Source: Ignavibacteria bacterium (GTDB taxonomy: Bacteria > Bacteroidota > Ignavibacteria > Kapaibacteriales > UBA961). Taken from it: a stretch of 64,000 nucleotides of DNA. How positions within the stretch are numbered: the first letter of the stretch is position 1; the number at the start of each line of letters is the position of its first letter. Position numbers and translations under genes: made by a program. Shown in pieces: positions 18,968 through 28,543 of the stretch. The notes beneath the pieces were generated by a model. The model did no database searches. It saw only the letters and a list, made by a program, of their open reading frames with translations, and was not told the origin of the DNA. Where the stretch lies: contig VGWD01000004.1 of the NCBI GenBank assembly GCA_016873735.1, positions 29,798 through 93,797 on the forward strand, read 5' to 3'.

Positions 18968-21193
18968 TTAATAATTCGCGGTTTTTACAATTTCGTTTTT
19001 GATATCGGCAAGATTTAACAGAATTGCCGCTTCAAGTGATTTGGCAAAGCCGACCGGAACATCCTTGCTTGCCACTCTGCCTACCGGTGCATCAAGAATT
19101 GAGAAAAGCTCTGAAGTGATGCTTGCCGAAATTTCTCCTCCGATTCCACCTGACAAATAATGCTCATGCGCAATGACAACCCTATTTGTCTTTCGCACAG
19201 ATTGAAATACGGTAGTTCTATCCCATGGTTTGAGTGATCGTAAATCAATCACTTCACATGAGATACCTTGCTCGGCAAATAATTCATCAGCCGCTTTCAT
19301 TGCCATGTGAATTGTATTGCCATAAGATATTAATGTTACATCGGTGCCTTGACGACGAATTCTTGCTTTACCGAATGGCACGATGAAATCATCTCCGGGA
19401 AGTGATGTTGAGCTTGGTCTGTAATTGTAAAGAAACTTCGGCTCAAGAAACATTGTCACACCACGTGATCGGATGGAATTACGCATGAGTCCAATCGCAT
19501 CGTCTGCGAATGCGGGGCAAACAACTCTGATTCCGGGTATCGCTGCCAAGAGTGCATCAAGATTTTGAGAATGATATAATCCGCCTTGAATATATCCACC
19601 ACTGGCTAGACGAATCGTGATATTGGGAGAGAATTGTCCGCGATTTCTCCAATAGTCATGAGAACATTCAATCAATTGCTCCATTGCAGGCCAAAAATAA
19701 TCAGCGAATTCAGCGCCTTCGACAACCACGCGAATATCATCGCGATATCTCGAGAATCCATTTGCAGTTCCTACGATATAATCTTCGGCAATCGGAGCAT
19801 TGAAAATTCGATCATTTCCGAATTCATCCAACATGCCTTTGGGAACATTGAAAATTCCTTGCTTATTCACCGAAGCAACATCTTGACCCCACAAATAGGT
19901 ATGTGGATTTTTTTGGAACTCCTGCTTCATCGCAATATTGATTCCTTCACGGAATGTATACTGCTGAGCATCAGGATCATTAACAAAATTATATTCCGAA
20001 CGATCGTCATAACCTACTGCATCTTCCGGCATCAGATAATCAAGATAACTCGAGCCAGATGGATCGGGCGCTATTTCGGCTATGTCTGCGGCTGCAAAAA
20101 TCGCCTGCTTGTTTTCTTCTTCGATGGCAAGCAATTCCTTCTCTGTTGCTAGCTTCTTTGCTAGTATCGCATTCCTGAAAGCAGGAAGTGGATCTCTTTC
20201 TTTCATTTCCTGAATTTCTTCCGGTGTGCGATACAATTCATGATTATCGGAATTGGAATGAGAACCTATGCGGTCGCAATCTGCATGTAGAAATACAGGA
20301 CCCGCACCGGACAATGCATAATCACGTGCCTCCTTCAATGCACGATACGAATCAAACACATCGCGTCCATCACAATTGATGATCTTCAAGTGTTTGAATC
20401 CTGTGAAATTGTCAGAAACGACAAGGTTTGCTGTTTGCTCATGCAATGGAACCGATATTCCGAACTTATTATTCTGAATGACAAATATCACCGGTAATTT
20501 TTCACGTGATGCACCATTCACAGCTTCATAGAAGTACCCTTCGGAACAGGCGGAATCACCTCCGGAATAATACACCACTTCATCGCCTTTGAATTTCTTC
20601 ACTGCTCTTGCCAATCCCGCTGCATGCAATGAATGATTGCCTGTACATGATGAAACATTTTGTATGCCGATTGATGGTTTTGCGAAGTGATTGCTCATGT
20701 GACGTCCACCACCTGCAACATCACCATCCTTGCTCAAGCCATTCAAAATGATTTCTTCAATCGTGATCCCACCGGAAAGGGAAGTCATCAAATCACGGTA
20801 ATAAGGAAAGAGGTAATCTTTGTTCTGACGGAAGATTTGTCCGAGAGCTATTTGTATGCCGTCATGTCCGGCACATGGAGCATGATATGACCAACCTTTT
20901 GCCATCTTCAAATACAAAGCAGCTTTCTCATCCAAGCGTCTACCAAGATGTTGCAATTTGTACCAAGACATGATGGTTTTCTTGTCGAACCCTTTCATGT
21001 CAAATGTGCTGAACTGACCTTTCTTAACAGATGATTTTTTTGCTATGGGTTTGGCTATTGTCTTTTTCACAATAGCTTTTTTCTTCGAAGTAGGTGATGA
21101 TTGCGTTTTTTTCGAAGCGACAGTTTTCGCTTGAACTTTTTTCGTGCTCGAGGTTTTCGACTTCATCTTGGATTTGGTGGCAGTCTTGGCCAT
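18968..21193 (-). CDS. 2-oxoacid (probably branched-chain) dehydrogenase E1, fused alpha/beta subunits
   Basis: TPP-binding GGDSACSEG...NN; HSNSD loop; beta part GQDV, FNAPIAE, LYHSQ, EPK, VIDLRSLKPWD; adjacent to ilvE. Confidence 0.92.
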   Translation of the reverse strand: MAKTATKSKMKSKTSSTKKVQAKTVASKKTQSSPTSKKKAIVKKTIAKPIAKKSSVKKGQFSTFDMKGFDKKTIMSWYKLQHLGRRLDEKAALYLKMAKGWSYHAPCAGHDGIQIALGQIFRQNKDYLFPYYRDLMTSLSGGITIEEIILNGLSKDGDVAGGGRHMSNHFAKPSIGIQNVSSCTGNHSLHAAGLARAVKKFKGDEVVYYSGGDSACSEGYFYEAVNGASREKLPVIFVIQNNKFGISVPLHEQTANLVVSDNFTGFKHLKIINCDGRDVFDSYRALKEARDYALSGAGPVFLHADCDRIGSHSNSDNHELYRTPEEIQEMKERDPLPAFRNAILAKKLATEKELLAIEEENKQAIFAAADIAEIAPDPSGSSYLDYLMPEDAVGYDDRSEYNFVNDPDAQQYTFREGINIAMKQEFQKNPHTYLWGQDVASVNKQGIFNVPKGMLDEFGNDRIFNAPIAEDYIVGTANGFSRYRDDIRVVVEGAEFADYFWPAMEQLIECSHDYWRNRGQFSPNITIRLASGGYIQGGLYHSQNLDALLAAIPGIRVVCPAFADDAIGLMRNSIRSRGVTMFLEPKFLYNYRPSSTSLPGDDFIVPFGKARIRRQGTDVTLISYGNTIHMAMKAADELFAEQGISCEVIDLRSLKPWDRTTVFQSVRKTNRVVIAHEHYLSGGIGGEISASITSELFSILDAPVGRVASKDVPVGFAKSLEAAILLNLADIKNEIVKTANY

Positions 21194-21234
21194 ACTATTT
21201 TCTATCCTGTATTTGAATTCTACATATTGTTCAA

Positions 21235-22152
21235 TCAGACATAAGTCAACCAGCCATGTTCATCTTTTCCATCTTGTATGATGGCATAAAATGCCTGCTG
21301 TATGTGCTTAGTCACGGGGCCAACTATTCCATCATTCACCGAAATTCTATCAACAGAACGAACCGGTGTGATCTCAACCGCAGTTCCCGTAAAGAAAATT
21401 TCATCCGCGGTGTATAACACTGCTCGAGGAACAGTTGTTTCTCGTACTTCATATCCAAGGTCTTTAGCAATGGTAATTGCAGTATGTCTGGTGATTCCTT
21501 CCAAGATGGATGATGACATCGGCGGTGTGTAAATCACGCCATCATTCACAAAGAAAATATTTTCACCACTGCCTTCTCCAACATTTCCATTTATATCCAA
21601 TCCGATGCCTTCGGAATAACCATTCATGATTGCTTCCATGCGAATCAATTGCGAACTCAAATAATTGCCGGATGCTTTGGACACCGCAGGCAATGTATTG
21701 TTATGCAATCGCTGCCAGGAAGAAACACAAACATCAACACCATTGTCTATTGCCTCTTTTCCGAGATATACACCCCATTCCCAACAAGCAATTGACACAT
21801 CAATTGGACAGTTAAGGGGATATACTCCGAGATTTTCATAACCGCGATAAGCGATTGGACGTATATAGCAAGATTCCAAACCATTTTTGCGAACAAGTTC
21901 TTTTGTTGCTTCGCACATTTGATCAATGGTATATGGCATCTCACCACGATACAATTTCACGGATTGCTGAAGTCTTTTCAAGTGCTCACGCAATCTGAAA
22001 ATTCCTGTGCCATTGGGTGTTTTATAGGCACGAATTCCTTCGAACCAACCCGAGCCATAATGCACGACATGTGACAATACATGAATGGTAGCTTTGTCCC
22101 AATCAACAAATTCGCCATTCATCCATATATAAGGGGTTTTAGGAAGTGCCAT
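21235..22152 (-). CDS. ilvE: Branched-chain amino acid aminotransferase
   Basis: HYGSGWFEGIRAY, YIRP, SKASGNY (PLP lysine), EGSGENIF, ILEGITR, FFTGTAVEITPV; start moved to MALPK. Confidence 0.95.
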   Translation of the reverse strand: MALPKTPYIWMNGEFVDWDKATIHVLSHVVHYGSGWFEGIRAYKTPNGTGIFRLREHLKRLQQSVKLYRGEMPYTIDQMCEATKELVRKNGLESCYIRPIAYRGYENLGVYPLNCPIDVSIACWEWGVYLGKEAIDNGVDVCVSSWQRLHNNTLPAVSKASGNYLSSQLIRMEAIMNGYSEGIGLDINGNVGEGSGENIFFVNDGVIYTPPMSSSILEGITRHTAITIAKDLGYEVRETTVPRAVLYTADEIFFTGTAVEITPVRSVDRISVNDGIVGPVTKHIQQAFYAIIQDGKDEHGWLTYV

Positions 22153-22159
22153 GTGTATC

Positions 22160-23632
22160 TCACTGTAAATGTTGTGTGAGCAATTCATTCACCAATCTGG
22201 GATTTGCTTTGCCACCGGAAGCTTTCATCACTTTACTAATGAAATATCCCATCAAATTATTCTTGCCTGAACGGTACTTTTCAATATTTTCTTCTTCACC
22301 TTCAAGTGCGGAAAGTACAATTCGCTCAACCTCTTCGCGGTCAGAGATCTGCATCAATCCTTTTTGCGATACATATTCATTTGGAGAAATTCCGGTTGAA
22401 ACATATTCCGCAAACACTTCCTTCGCAATCTTGCTGCTGATTTTCTCATCGGCAAACAAATCAACTATTTCTGCAATGGCCTTCGGCTGAATCATCTCTG
22501 CTTGTGTAATGCCCACTTTGCGATCAGACAAAATCTTGAGAATCTCAGTCAAAACCCAATTGCTTACAAATTTATAACGCTCTTTACTCTGAACTGACAA
22601 TAGGGAACATGTATATTCAAAAAATAATGCTAAATCCTTATCCTCAGTCAAAATTCCCGAATCATAACCGGGAATTCCATAGTGTTGTTGCAAACGTAAT
22701 TTCATGGCAAGAGGCAATTCCGGCAATTGATCCTTTTGATGGGCAATCATCGTTTCTTCTATGCGAACATATCCCAGGTCCGGCTCCTGAAAATAACGAT
22801 AATCATGGGCTTGTTCCTTTGATCGCATTTCTTTGGTACACTGTTCAGAAGCTTCCCACTGCATGGTTACCTGTCGAACCTCGCCACCGGATTCAATCAA
22901 GGCAATATGGCGCTCAATTTCATAGGATATGGCTTTTTCAACATTTCTAAAACTGTTGAGGTTTTTTATCTCCGTCTTGGTTCCCAAAACGGAATTTCCC
23001 TTCAAACGAACCGATACATTCGCATCACATCGCAATGAGCCTTCTTCAAGATTTCCATCGCAAATGCCAAGATATCTCACCAGTTGCCTCATCGTCACCA
23101 TATATCGATATGCCTCTGCCGCTGATCGCATATCCGGCTCACTGACAATTTCCAAGAGTGGCATTCCTGCACGATTAAAGTCGACCAATGTGTCTATGTC
23201 TATGTCATGCAACGACTTACCGGCATCTTCTTCCAAATGTATCCTCGTGATGCCTATCTGCTTCATGGAACCTTCTTCAATTTCTATGGTTACATTGCCT
23301 TGATAGCAAATCGGATCATTGAATTGTGTTATTTGATATCCTTTCGAAAGATCAGGATAGAAATAGTTTTTACGAGCAAAAGCTGATATCGGTCTAATGG
23401 AACATTGTGTTGCAAGTCCAAGCAAAACAGCCATTTCCACATGTTTTGTGTTCAGCACGGGTAATGTTCCGGGATGCCCAAGACATATGGGGCATACCGT
23501 GGCATTGGGAATATCGCTATATCCGGCTTTACAAGAACAAAATGCCTTCCTATTTGTCAATAACTGTGCATGCAATTCCAACCCGATGACCGGCTCATAT
23601 TTTGCAAGTATTTCAGGAGATATGTCGGGCAT
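22160..23632 (-). CDS. gatB: Asp-tRNA(Asn)/Glu-tRNA(Gln) amidotransferase subunit B
   Basis: VIGLELHAQL, CLGHPGTLP, RKNYFYPDL.KGYQITQ, HLEEDAGKS, LRCDANVS, EIKNLNSF, DYRYF, GKANP; start moved to MPDIS. Confidence 0.97.
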   Translation of the reverse strand: MPDISPEILAKYEPVIGLELHAQLLTNRKAFCSCKAGYSDIPNATVCPICLGHPGTLPVLNTKHVEMAVLLGLATQCSIRPISAFARKNYFYPDLSKGYQITQFNDPICYQGNVTIEIEEGSMKQIGITRIHLEEDAGKSLHDIDIDTLVDFNRAGMPLLEIVSEPDMRSAAEAYRYMVTMRQLVRYLGICDGNLEEGSLRCDANVSVRLKGNSVLGTKTEIKNLNSFRNVEKAISYEIERHIALIESGGEVRQVTMQWEASEQCTKEMRSKEQAHDYRYFQEPDLGYVRIEETMIAHQKDQLPELPLAMKLRLQQHYGIPGYDSGILTEDKDLALFFEYTCSLLSVQSKERYKFVSNWVLTEILKILSDRKVGITQAEMIQPKAIAEIVDLFADEKISSKIAKEVFAEYVSTGISPNEYVSQKGLMQISDREEVERIVLSALEGEEENIEKYRSGKNNLMGYFISKVMKASGGKANPRLVNELLTQHLQ

Positions 23633-23701
23633 GCAAAAAATTGGCAAAGAAATGGTGAAATGAAAATCAAGCATCTGTGAAAAGACGCATGGAAATTACC
23701 G

Positions 23702-23709
23702 CAAAATTA
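23702..23709 (-). promoter_or_regulatory. Sigma70 -7 element TAATTTTG upstream of gatB
   Basis: TAnnTTTG match in the divergent gatB/DUF2795 intergenic region. Confidence 0.45.
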
Positions 23710-23786
23710 GTTTTTTTTACGCATATTTGCGCCCTCACTGCGCAATCTTGTCTATTTACCACTAACAAAATAAAAGTAGAAGCCCT

Positions 23787-24026
23787 ATGTTTTGGACACC
23801 TGAACTTGCATATACGCTCGAAGACGCTCCGTGGCCTGCAACCAAAGATGAATTGATCGACTATGCAGAAAGAACCGGGGCACCATCCCAAGTATTGGAA
23901 AACCTCTATGAATTGGATGATAATGATGAATTGCATGAAGGCATAGAGGATCTCTGGCCGGAATTCGAGAACAATAATGATACATTGTTCTTTGATGATG
24001 AAGATGAAGACAGTTATTATGACTGA
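23787..24026 (+). CDS. DUF2795 family small acidic protein
   Basis: MFWTPELAYTLEDAPWPATKDELIDYAERTGAP..VLENL matches the conserved Bacteroidota/Chlorobi DUF2795 pattern. Confidence 0.9.
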   Translation: MFWTPELAYTLEDAPWPATKDELIDYAERTGAPSQVLENLYELDDNDELHEGIEDLWPEFENNNDTLFFDDEDEDSYYD

Positions 24027-24084
24027 TCTGATTATCCAGAACTTTATGCTACTCACATTTCATGGGTGAACCACAGAGAACTTT

Positions 24085-26268
24085 ATGCAGAAGATTTTTT
24101 CAACAATACGATTCATTCTATTCTTCTGCTGTCTTATTGCACTCTGTCAAACATTGTCAAAAGGCGCGGAAACGCGCCGTTTTGCTTTAAAGACCATTCG
24201 CATCTATGGGAATGCACACCTCTCCTCACAGCAAATTCTGAATGCTTTGAACATCACATTGCCAACTGAATTGGAATTGAATCACAATTTGGATTGGAAT
24301 GATGTGTTCACACCCGAATTATACAAACGATATTATCCGGAAAGTAAATCGGGTAAGATGCGTGTGGCATTGGACTCTGTAACATTGATGAACAGAGTGG
24401 AGGTGCTGGAGAATTTGTATCAAAGGAAAGGGTATTTCGATGCGGATATACAATTGATGATTGATATCGATACAATGGGGCTTGGCATACTTGATGTGAT
24501 ATGCAGGGAAGGAAAGCATTATTCTTTGACGGATTTACTAATCACAGACACAACTCTTTCCAAAACGATTCCATGGAATATGATACAAGACGACTTTCAA
24601 AGTCGGCTTCCTCGGTTTTATGATGAAGACAGTTTAAATGCAATGCTCAACTATTCATTCCAAAAATTGCTCGAGAGAGGATATGCATTTTTGGAATATC
24701 GGATTGAGCAGATTTTGATTGACACCGTCGAAAAAAAAGCCGTGTCTGTCATTCGCATGATGAATCCTGAACGATTTAAAATCAATGATATCACATTTGA
24801 ACATGTCTCTTCCGGTGGAAGTATATTGCAAAATGATCTTCTCAAACGTTTGCTGTTCATAAAACCCCAAGATTGGCTATCTCCACAGGCAGTGAATCGT
24901 TCAAAGAATCAATTGATTGGCTTATCGTTTTTTTCTGAGGTATCAGAAAGCAAAAAGAGGATCATCACGAATACAGACACATTGGCAAATGTCTCCTATA
25001 TCTTGAAATATAAAAAGCCCGAGGAAGTGGTATTCTCCGTTTTTTTGAACCGCACAACGATGGATAACTTCCTTAACATGGGTTTAGAAGCTTCATATTC
25101 AGACTTGCTTGTTTCAGAAACGGGAAATTCATTTTCCATTTTCTCTCGTTTGCTCGCTCAGGACATTTCTAATACTGTGTTCTCCACCCAAAGGGGTTTG
25201 GAATTCGAGTATTCAATCGGTACGAATTTCAATCAACCATTCGCATTTTTTCTTGGTGAGCAAAGAGTGCCATTGACATATTCAGCACAAATATCACTAA
25301 GAAATCTTCCCACCGGATTGAAATTGCTCACACCTCTTTTGCGTGTTTCAAACTTCAATACTTTTCCGGAATGGACTCTTTTTTCGAATCTCAATTTTGA
25401 TGCAACATTGGACTTTACGCGATTAATCAATTTTACTCTGGATGAAACAGATCCCAATGATCCATTATATCGCCTGATTGCTCCATATATATCTCTCACG
25501 GATTATTATAAGGACTCACCGTTTAGCCCTGCATCATTCACATTGGGCATGACATTGACCGGAGACAGAAGAAATTCAGTCATTACACCTTCAAGCGGAT
25601 ATTTCTTGACACTTCCCCAAATTGAGTATTCACCTGATGTGGGCTATTCACATTTTCTACGCGTGTTTTCTCAATTTCATACATTCTCTTCTTTGAAGAG
25701 AAATATTGTGTTTGCAACAAAATTGAAAATCGGTCATATCATCAATTGGGGATTTTCGGATCAAGACAAATCAACGCCTCCATTCGAAAAGCATTTCTTT
25801 GCAGGCGGAGCCAATTCAGTTAGAGCATGGCCTTCACGTGGATTGAAAGATGCACAATCTTCGATTGATGATTCATTGGCAAGTAGAATCACCGAACTTT
25901 CAGCTATCATAGGGTCAGCAAGTTTGGTTGAGGGTTCAATTGAATTGCGCTATTCATTTCCAAAGCCCAAAGGCATCGCTGAATTCTGGGCTGATAAAAT
26001 AGCACGTTCCGGATTGGTTCTGTTTTTTGATTGGGGTAATTCATTCAATCGATTGACGCCAACAACATATAATCTTGCAACTGTCGGTAGAGTTTTGAAT
26101 CCTGCCAATTGGGGATATGGATATGGAATAGGTTTTCGATTCGACACACCCGCGGGACCATTCCGATTGGATATGGCATTTCCATTCTATGATCCGAATT
26201 CCGCAACATATCGTGCTCCTCAATTTTCGACTGCACAATATCATATCGGATTGGGTCATGCATTTTAA
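24085..26268 (+). CDS. Omp85 family (BamA/TamA-like) outer membrane protein
   Basis: POTRA-like N-terminus (IRIYGNAHL, YQRKGYFDA); FFAGGANSVRAW; GIGFRFDTPAGPFRLD; C-terminal HIGLGHAF. Confidence 0.9.
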   Translation: MQKIFSTIRFILFFCCLIALCQTLSKGAETRRFALKTIRIYGNAHLSSQQILNALNITLPTELELNHNLDWNDVFTPELYKRYYPESKSGKMRVALDSVTLMNRVEVLENLYQRKGYFDADIQLMIDIDTMGLGILDVICREGKHYSLTDLLITDTTLSKTIPWNMIQDDFQSRLPRFYDEDSLNAMLNYSFQKLLERGYAFLEYRIEQILIDTVEKKAVSVIRMMNPERFKINDITFEHVSSGGSILQNDLLKRLLFIKPQDWLSPQAVNRSKNQLIGLSFFSEVSESKKRIITNTDTLANVSYILKYKKPEEVVFSVFLNRTTMDNFLNMGLEASYSDLLVSETGNSFSIFSRLLAQDISNTVFSTQRGLEFEYSIGTNFNQPFAFFLGEQRVPLTYSAQISLRNLPTGLKLLTPLLRVSNFNTFPEWTLFSNLNFDATLDFTRLINFTLDETDPNDPLYRLIAPYISLTDYYKDSPFSPASFTLGMTLTGDRRNSVITPSSGYFLTLPQIEYSPDVGYSHFLRVFSQFHTFSSLKRNIVFATKLKIGHIINWGFSDQDKSTPPFEKHFFAGGANSVRAWPSRGLKDAQSSIDDSLASRITELSAIIGSASLVEGSIELRYSFPKPKGIAEFWADKIARSGLVLFFDWGNSFNRLTPTTYNLATVGRVLNPANWGYGYGIGFRFDTPAGPFRLDMAFPFYDPNSATYRAPQFSTAQYHIGLGHAF

Positions 26269-27610
26269 TTCAGACACAACAATCTGCTCACTTATTACTC
26301 CTCCGGGATTGAGCGGCATTGCGATGATCCGCTTGTCCGGTCCACAAGCATTTTCAATCATTGACAAACATCTTCATACATCTATTTCAGAAAAAGAATC
26401 CCACACGATATCTTATGCGGTGTTTCAAGACCATGAATCACCTATAGACACTGTCACCATATTCAAATATGTCGGACCTCATTCCTATACTGGACAAGAC
26501 ACAATTGAGATCGGATGTCATGGTGGATATATCGTTCCAAAGCGAATCATAGAATTATTGATTTCATCCGGAGCAATTCTTGCCGAACCGGGTGAATTTA
26601 CATTGCGAGCATTCTTGAATGGCAAGCTTGATTTAACGCAAGCGGAAGCCGTTAATGATATTATACATTTGCAATCACCTGCGGCTTTGGAGTGCGCATC
26701 AAAACAATTGATTGGTTCTTTTTCAAAAGAATTGTCAGCATTGCGCGATGCAACGGAACGTTTATTCAAGTATTTGATTCTCGATTTCGATTTTTCACAG
26801 GAAGATATTGAACTTGTACCCAAAGAACGATTGATTTCCGAATTGCAAGCTTTGTCATCAACAGCAAAGAGATTCATCGAAAGTTTTGAGACGGCTAAAA
26901 CATTGCGTAGCGGACATCAAGTATTATTGCTGGGTTATCCAAATGCAGGTAAGTCTAGTTTATTCAATGCGGTGCTGGGATATGCACGTTCCATCGTCAG
27001 CGATGTTCCGGGTACCACACGAGATTTCGTCGAGGGCTCGATGATCATCGATGGAATACATTTCACATTGATTGATACTGCAGGAATACATGAACATACC
27101 TCTGATGCCATAGAGATTGAAGGCATCGCATATTCACTTTCTCTGATCAAGAGAGCAACCATCATTCTTATCATCAATGATATCACTTGTGGTTTAAATC
27201 ATTCACAATCTTTGATGGATCTCGTAATCAAAGAACATCCGAAAGCTCAAAGAATATTGGTGCATAACAAATGCGACATTCATGATATAGGCATTCCTGA
27301 AAGTGATGCATTATTCATATCTGCAAAACAATCTCATGGTTTGGAAACCATTGTTGATGCTCTATCAACAACCGCGAAACAAACAGATACGCATATTGCA
27401 TTCTTGCTGAATGATAGGCAAGCGCATCTTTTGCAGGAATATATACATGCCATTGAACAAGCATTGCAATTGACTCAACAGGGTATGTCAACCGATGTAT
27501 TGGCCATAGAATTGCGCTCGGCACTCGACACGGTGGGTTTGATACTTGGCACGATTTACACAGAAGACTTATTAAACGATGTATTTGCGAGTTTCTGTAT
27601 TGGGAAATAA
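26258..27610 (+). CDS. mnmE: tRNA modification GTPase MnmE (TrmE)
   Basis: IRLSG, SYTGQD.IEI.CHGG, GEFTLRAFLNGKLDLTQAEA, GYPNAGKSS, GTTRD, DTAG, NKCD, C-terminal FCIGK; start at MHFNS overlaps the upstream stop. Confidence 0.97.
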   Translation: MHFNSDTTICSLITPPGLSGIAMIRLSGPQAFSIIDKHLHTSISEKESHTISYAVFQDHESPIDTVTIFKYVGPHSYTGQDTIEIGCHGGYIVPKRIIELLISSGAILAEPGEFTLRAFLNGKLDLTQAEAVNDIIHLQSPAALECASKQLIGSFSKELSALRDATERLFKYLILDFDFSQEDIELVPKERLISELQALSSTAKRFIESFETAKTLRSGHQVLLLGYPNAGKSSLFNAVLGYARSIVSDVPGTTRDFVEGSMIIDGIHFTLIDTAGIHEHTSDAIEIEGIAYSLSLIKRATIILIINDITCGLNHSQSLMDLVIKEHPKAQRILVHNKCDIHDIGIPESDALFISAKQSHGLETIVDALSTTAKQTDTHIAFLLNDRQAHLLQEYIHAIEQALQLTQQGMSTDVLAIELRSALDTVGLILGTIYTEDLLNDVFASFCIGK

Positions 27611-27621
27611 TTACAATCAAT

Positions 27622-27648
27622 AAAAAAGCCTGAACGCTCTGTCCAGGC
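27622..27648 (-). terminator. Terminator between convergent mnmE and hypothetical gene
   Basis: Minus strand GCCTGGAC-AGAGC-GTTCAGGC-TTTTTT. Confidence 0.65.
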
Positions 27649-27672
27649 ATGTTCTATAGTTAATAGTCATAA

Positions 27673-28077
27673 TCAGAAACAGGGCGTGCTTCTCCATGGA
27701 TAATCATAGTTTGTAAGTTCGTGGTCAATGGTATAGGTAAACTTCTTTCCATCCTTCTTTCTTGTATAATATACATATACCCAATTCCCATCAAACTCCA
27801 GTTCATATGTTCCATTGTGAGCTCCTTTGTAGAGCTCATGATACACATCTGTATGTGCTCTTCCTTTCGAATATTTCGTTTTTATAAACTTTAGAGGTAT
27901 GTACTCAGTCTTTCCTTTGTATAATAAATGACTAGCTCTACCCTCTTCAGGAAAATACACACTGAATCCATTATTAGGATTTTTATCATTCAAAAAGCAC
28001 ATGAAATATGGATCGGCATTCATTGCCGTGATTTGAAGTAATACCAAGCATAAACTAATAAACAATACATTCTTCAT
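27673..28077 (-). CDS. Small secreted hypothetical protein
   Basis: Signal peptide MKNVLFISLCLVLLQITAMNA; AGGA RBS; TATATTTG box at 28166-28173; own terminator. Confidence 0.7.
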   Translation of the reverse strand: MKNVLFISLCLVLLQITAMNADPYFMCFLNDKNPNNGFSVYFPEEGRASHLLYKGKTEYIPLKFIKTKYSKGRAHTDVYHELYKGAHNGTYELEFDGNWVYVYYTRKKDGKKFTYTIDHELTNYDYPWRSTPCF

Positions 28078-28272
28078 TGTTGATCCTATTTGGTGTTGAT
28101 TGCAAAATGTTAACGAAAGGAAAATACTATGTGTGTTCCCGTCGATGACTCAATTCCATCGCAGCCAAATATATGGAAACTATTGAGTTATTATAAGGTC
28201 AAATCCACTTGGATGCTTAATGTCATACTACATAATATGCCTCTATTCACCCCTGATATCCATTAGCAATGC

Positions 28273-28446
28273 CTATACTTTCGGCCTCACAAATCTTTTC
28301 AAAATCTTTTGTCCTTCCTGCTTTGATTGGTTTGATTTGCGGAGTTTCTATAATTGCTCTGTTTTTACCCTTGTATCGGACAACTGAATAATGGGTATTG
28401 GATAATCTTTCCCCAAAGTGAATCCATACATAGCTTCTTCCATTGG
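28273..28446 (-). pseudogene. Remnant 3' end of a cryptochrome/photolyase gene
   Basis: Translates [56 protein letters not shown], homologous to the C-terminus of 42628..44097; W replaced by TAG; 30 bp identical to 42647-42676. Confidence 0.9.
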
Positions 28447-28490
28447 TATTGAGTGATAGAAAGTAACTTTTTTTGTTGCACCAAAATTAA

Positions 28491-28521
28491 AAACGCCCTC
28501 ACTTTAAAAGAGAGGGCGTTT
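28491..28521 (-). terminator. Rho-independent terminator at the end of the glucan locus
   Basis: 10-bp stem AAACGCCCTC / GAGGGCGTTT followed by a U-rich tract on the minus strand. Confidence 0.8.
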
Positions 28522-28543
28522 ATGTTTCATGTCGCAATAAGTA

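Noticed and set aside
28130-28165. Leader hairpin GCGATGGAATTGAGTCATCG resembling the start of a fluoride riboswitch
   Set aside because: Lacks the pseudoknot-forming consensus, and the downstream gene is not fluoride-related; an Rfam cmscan would be needed.
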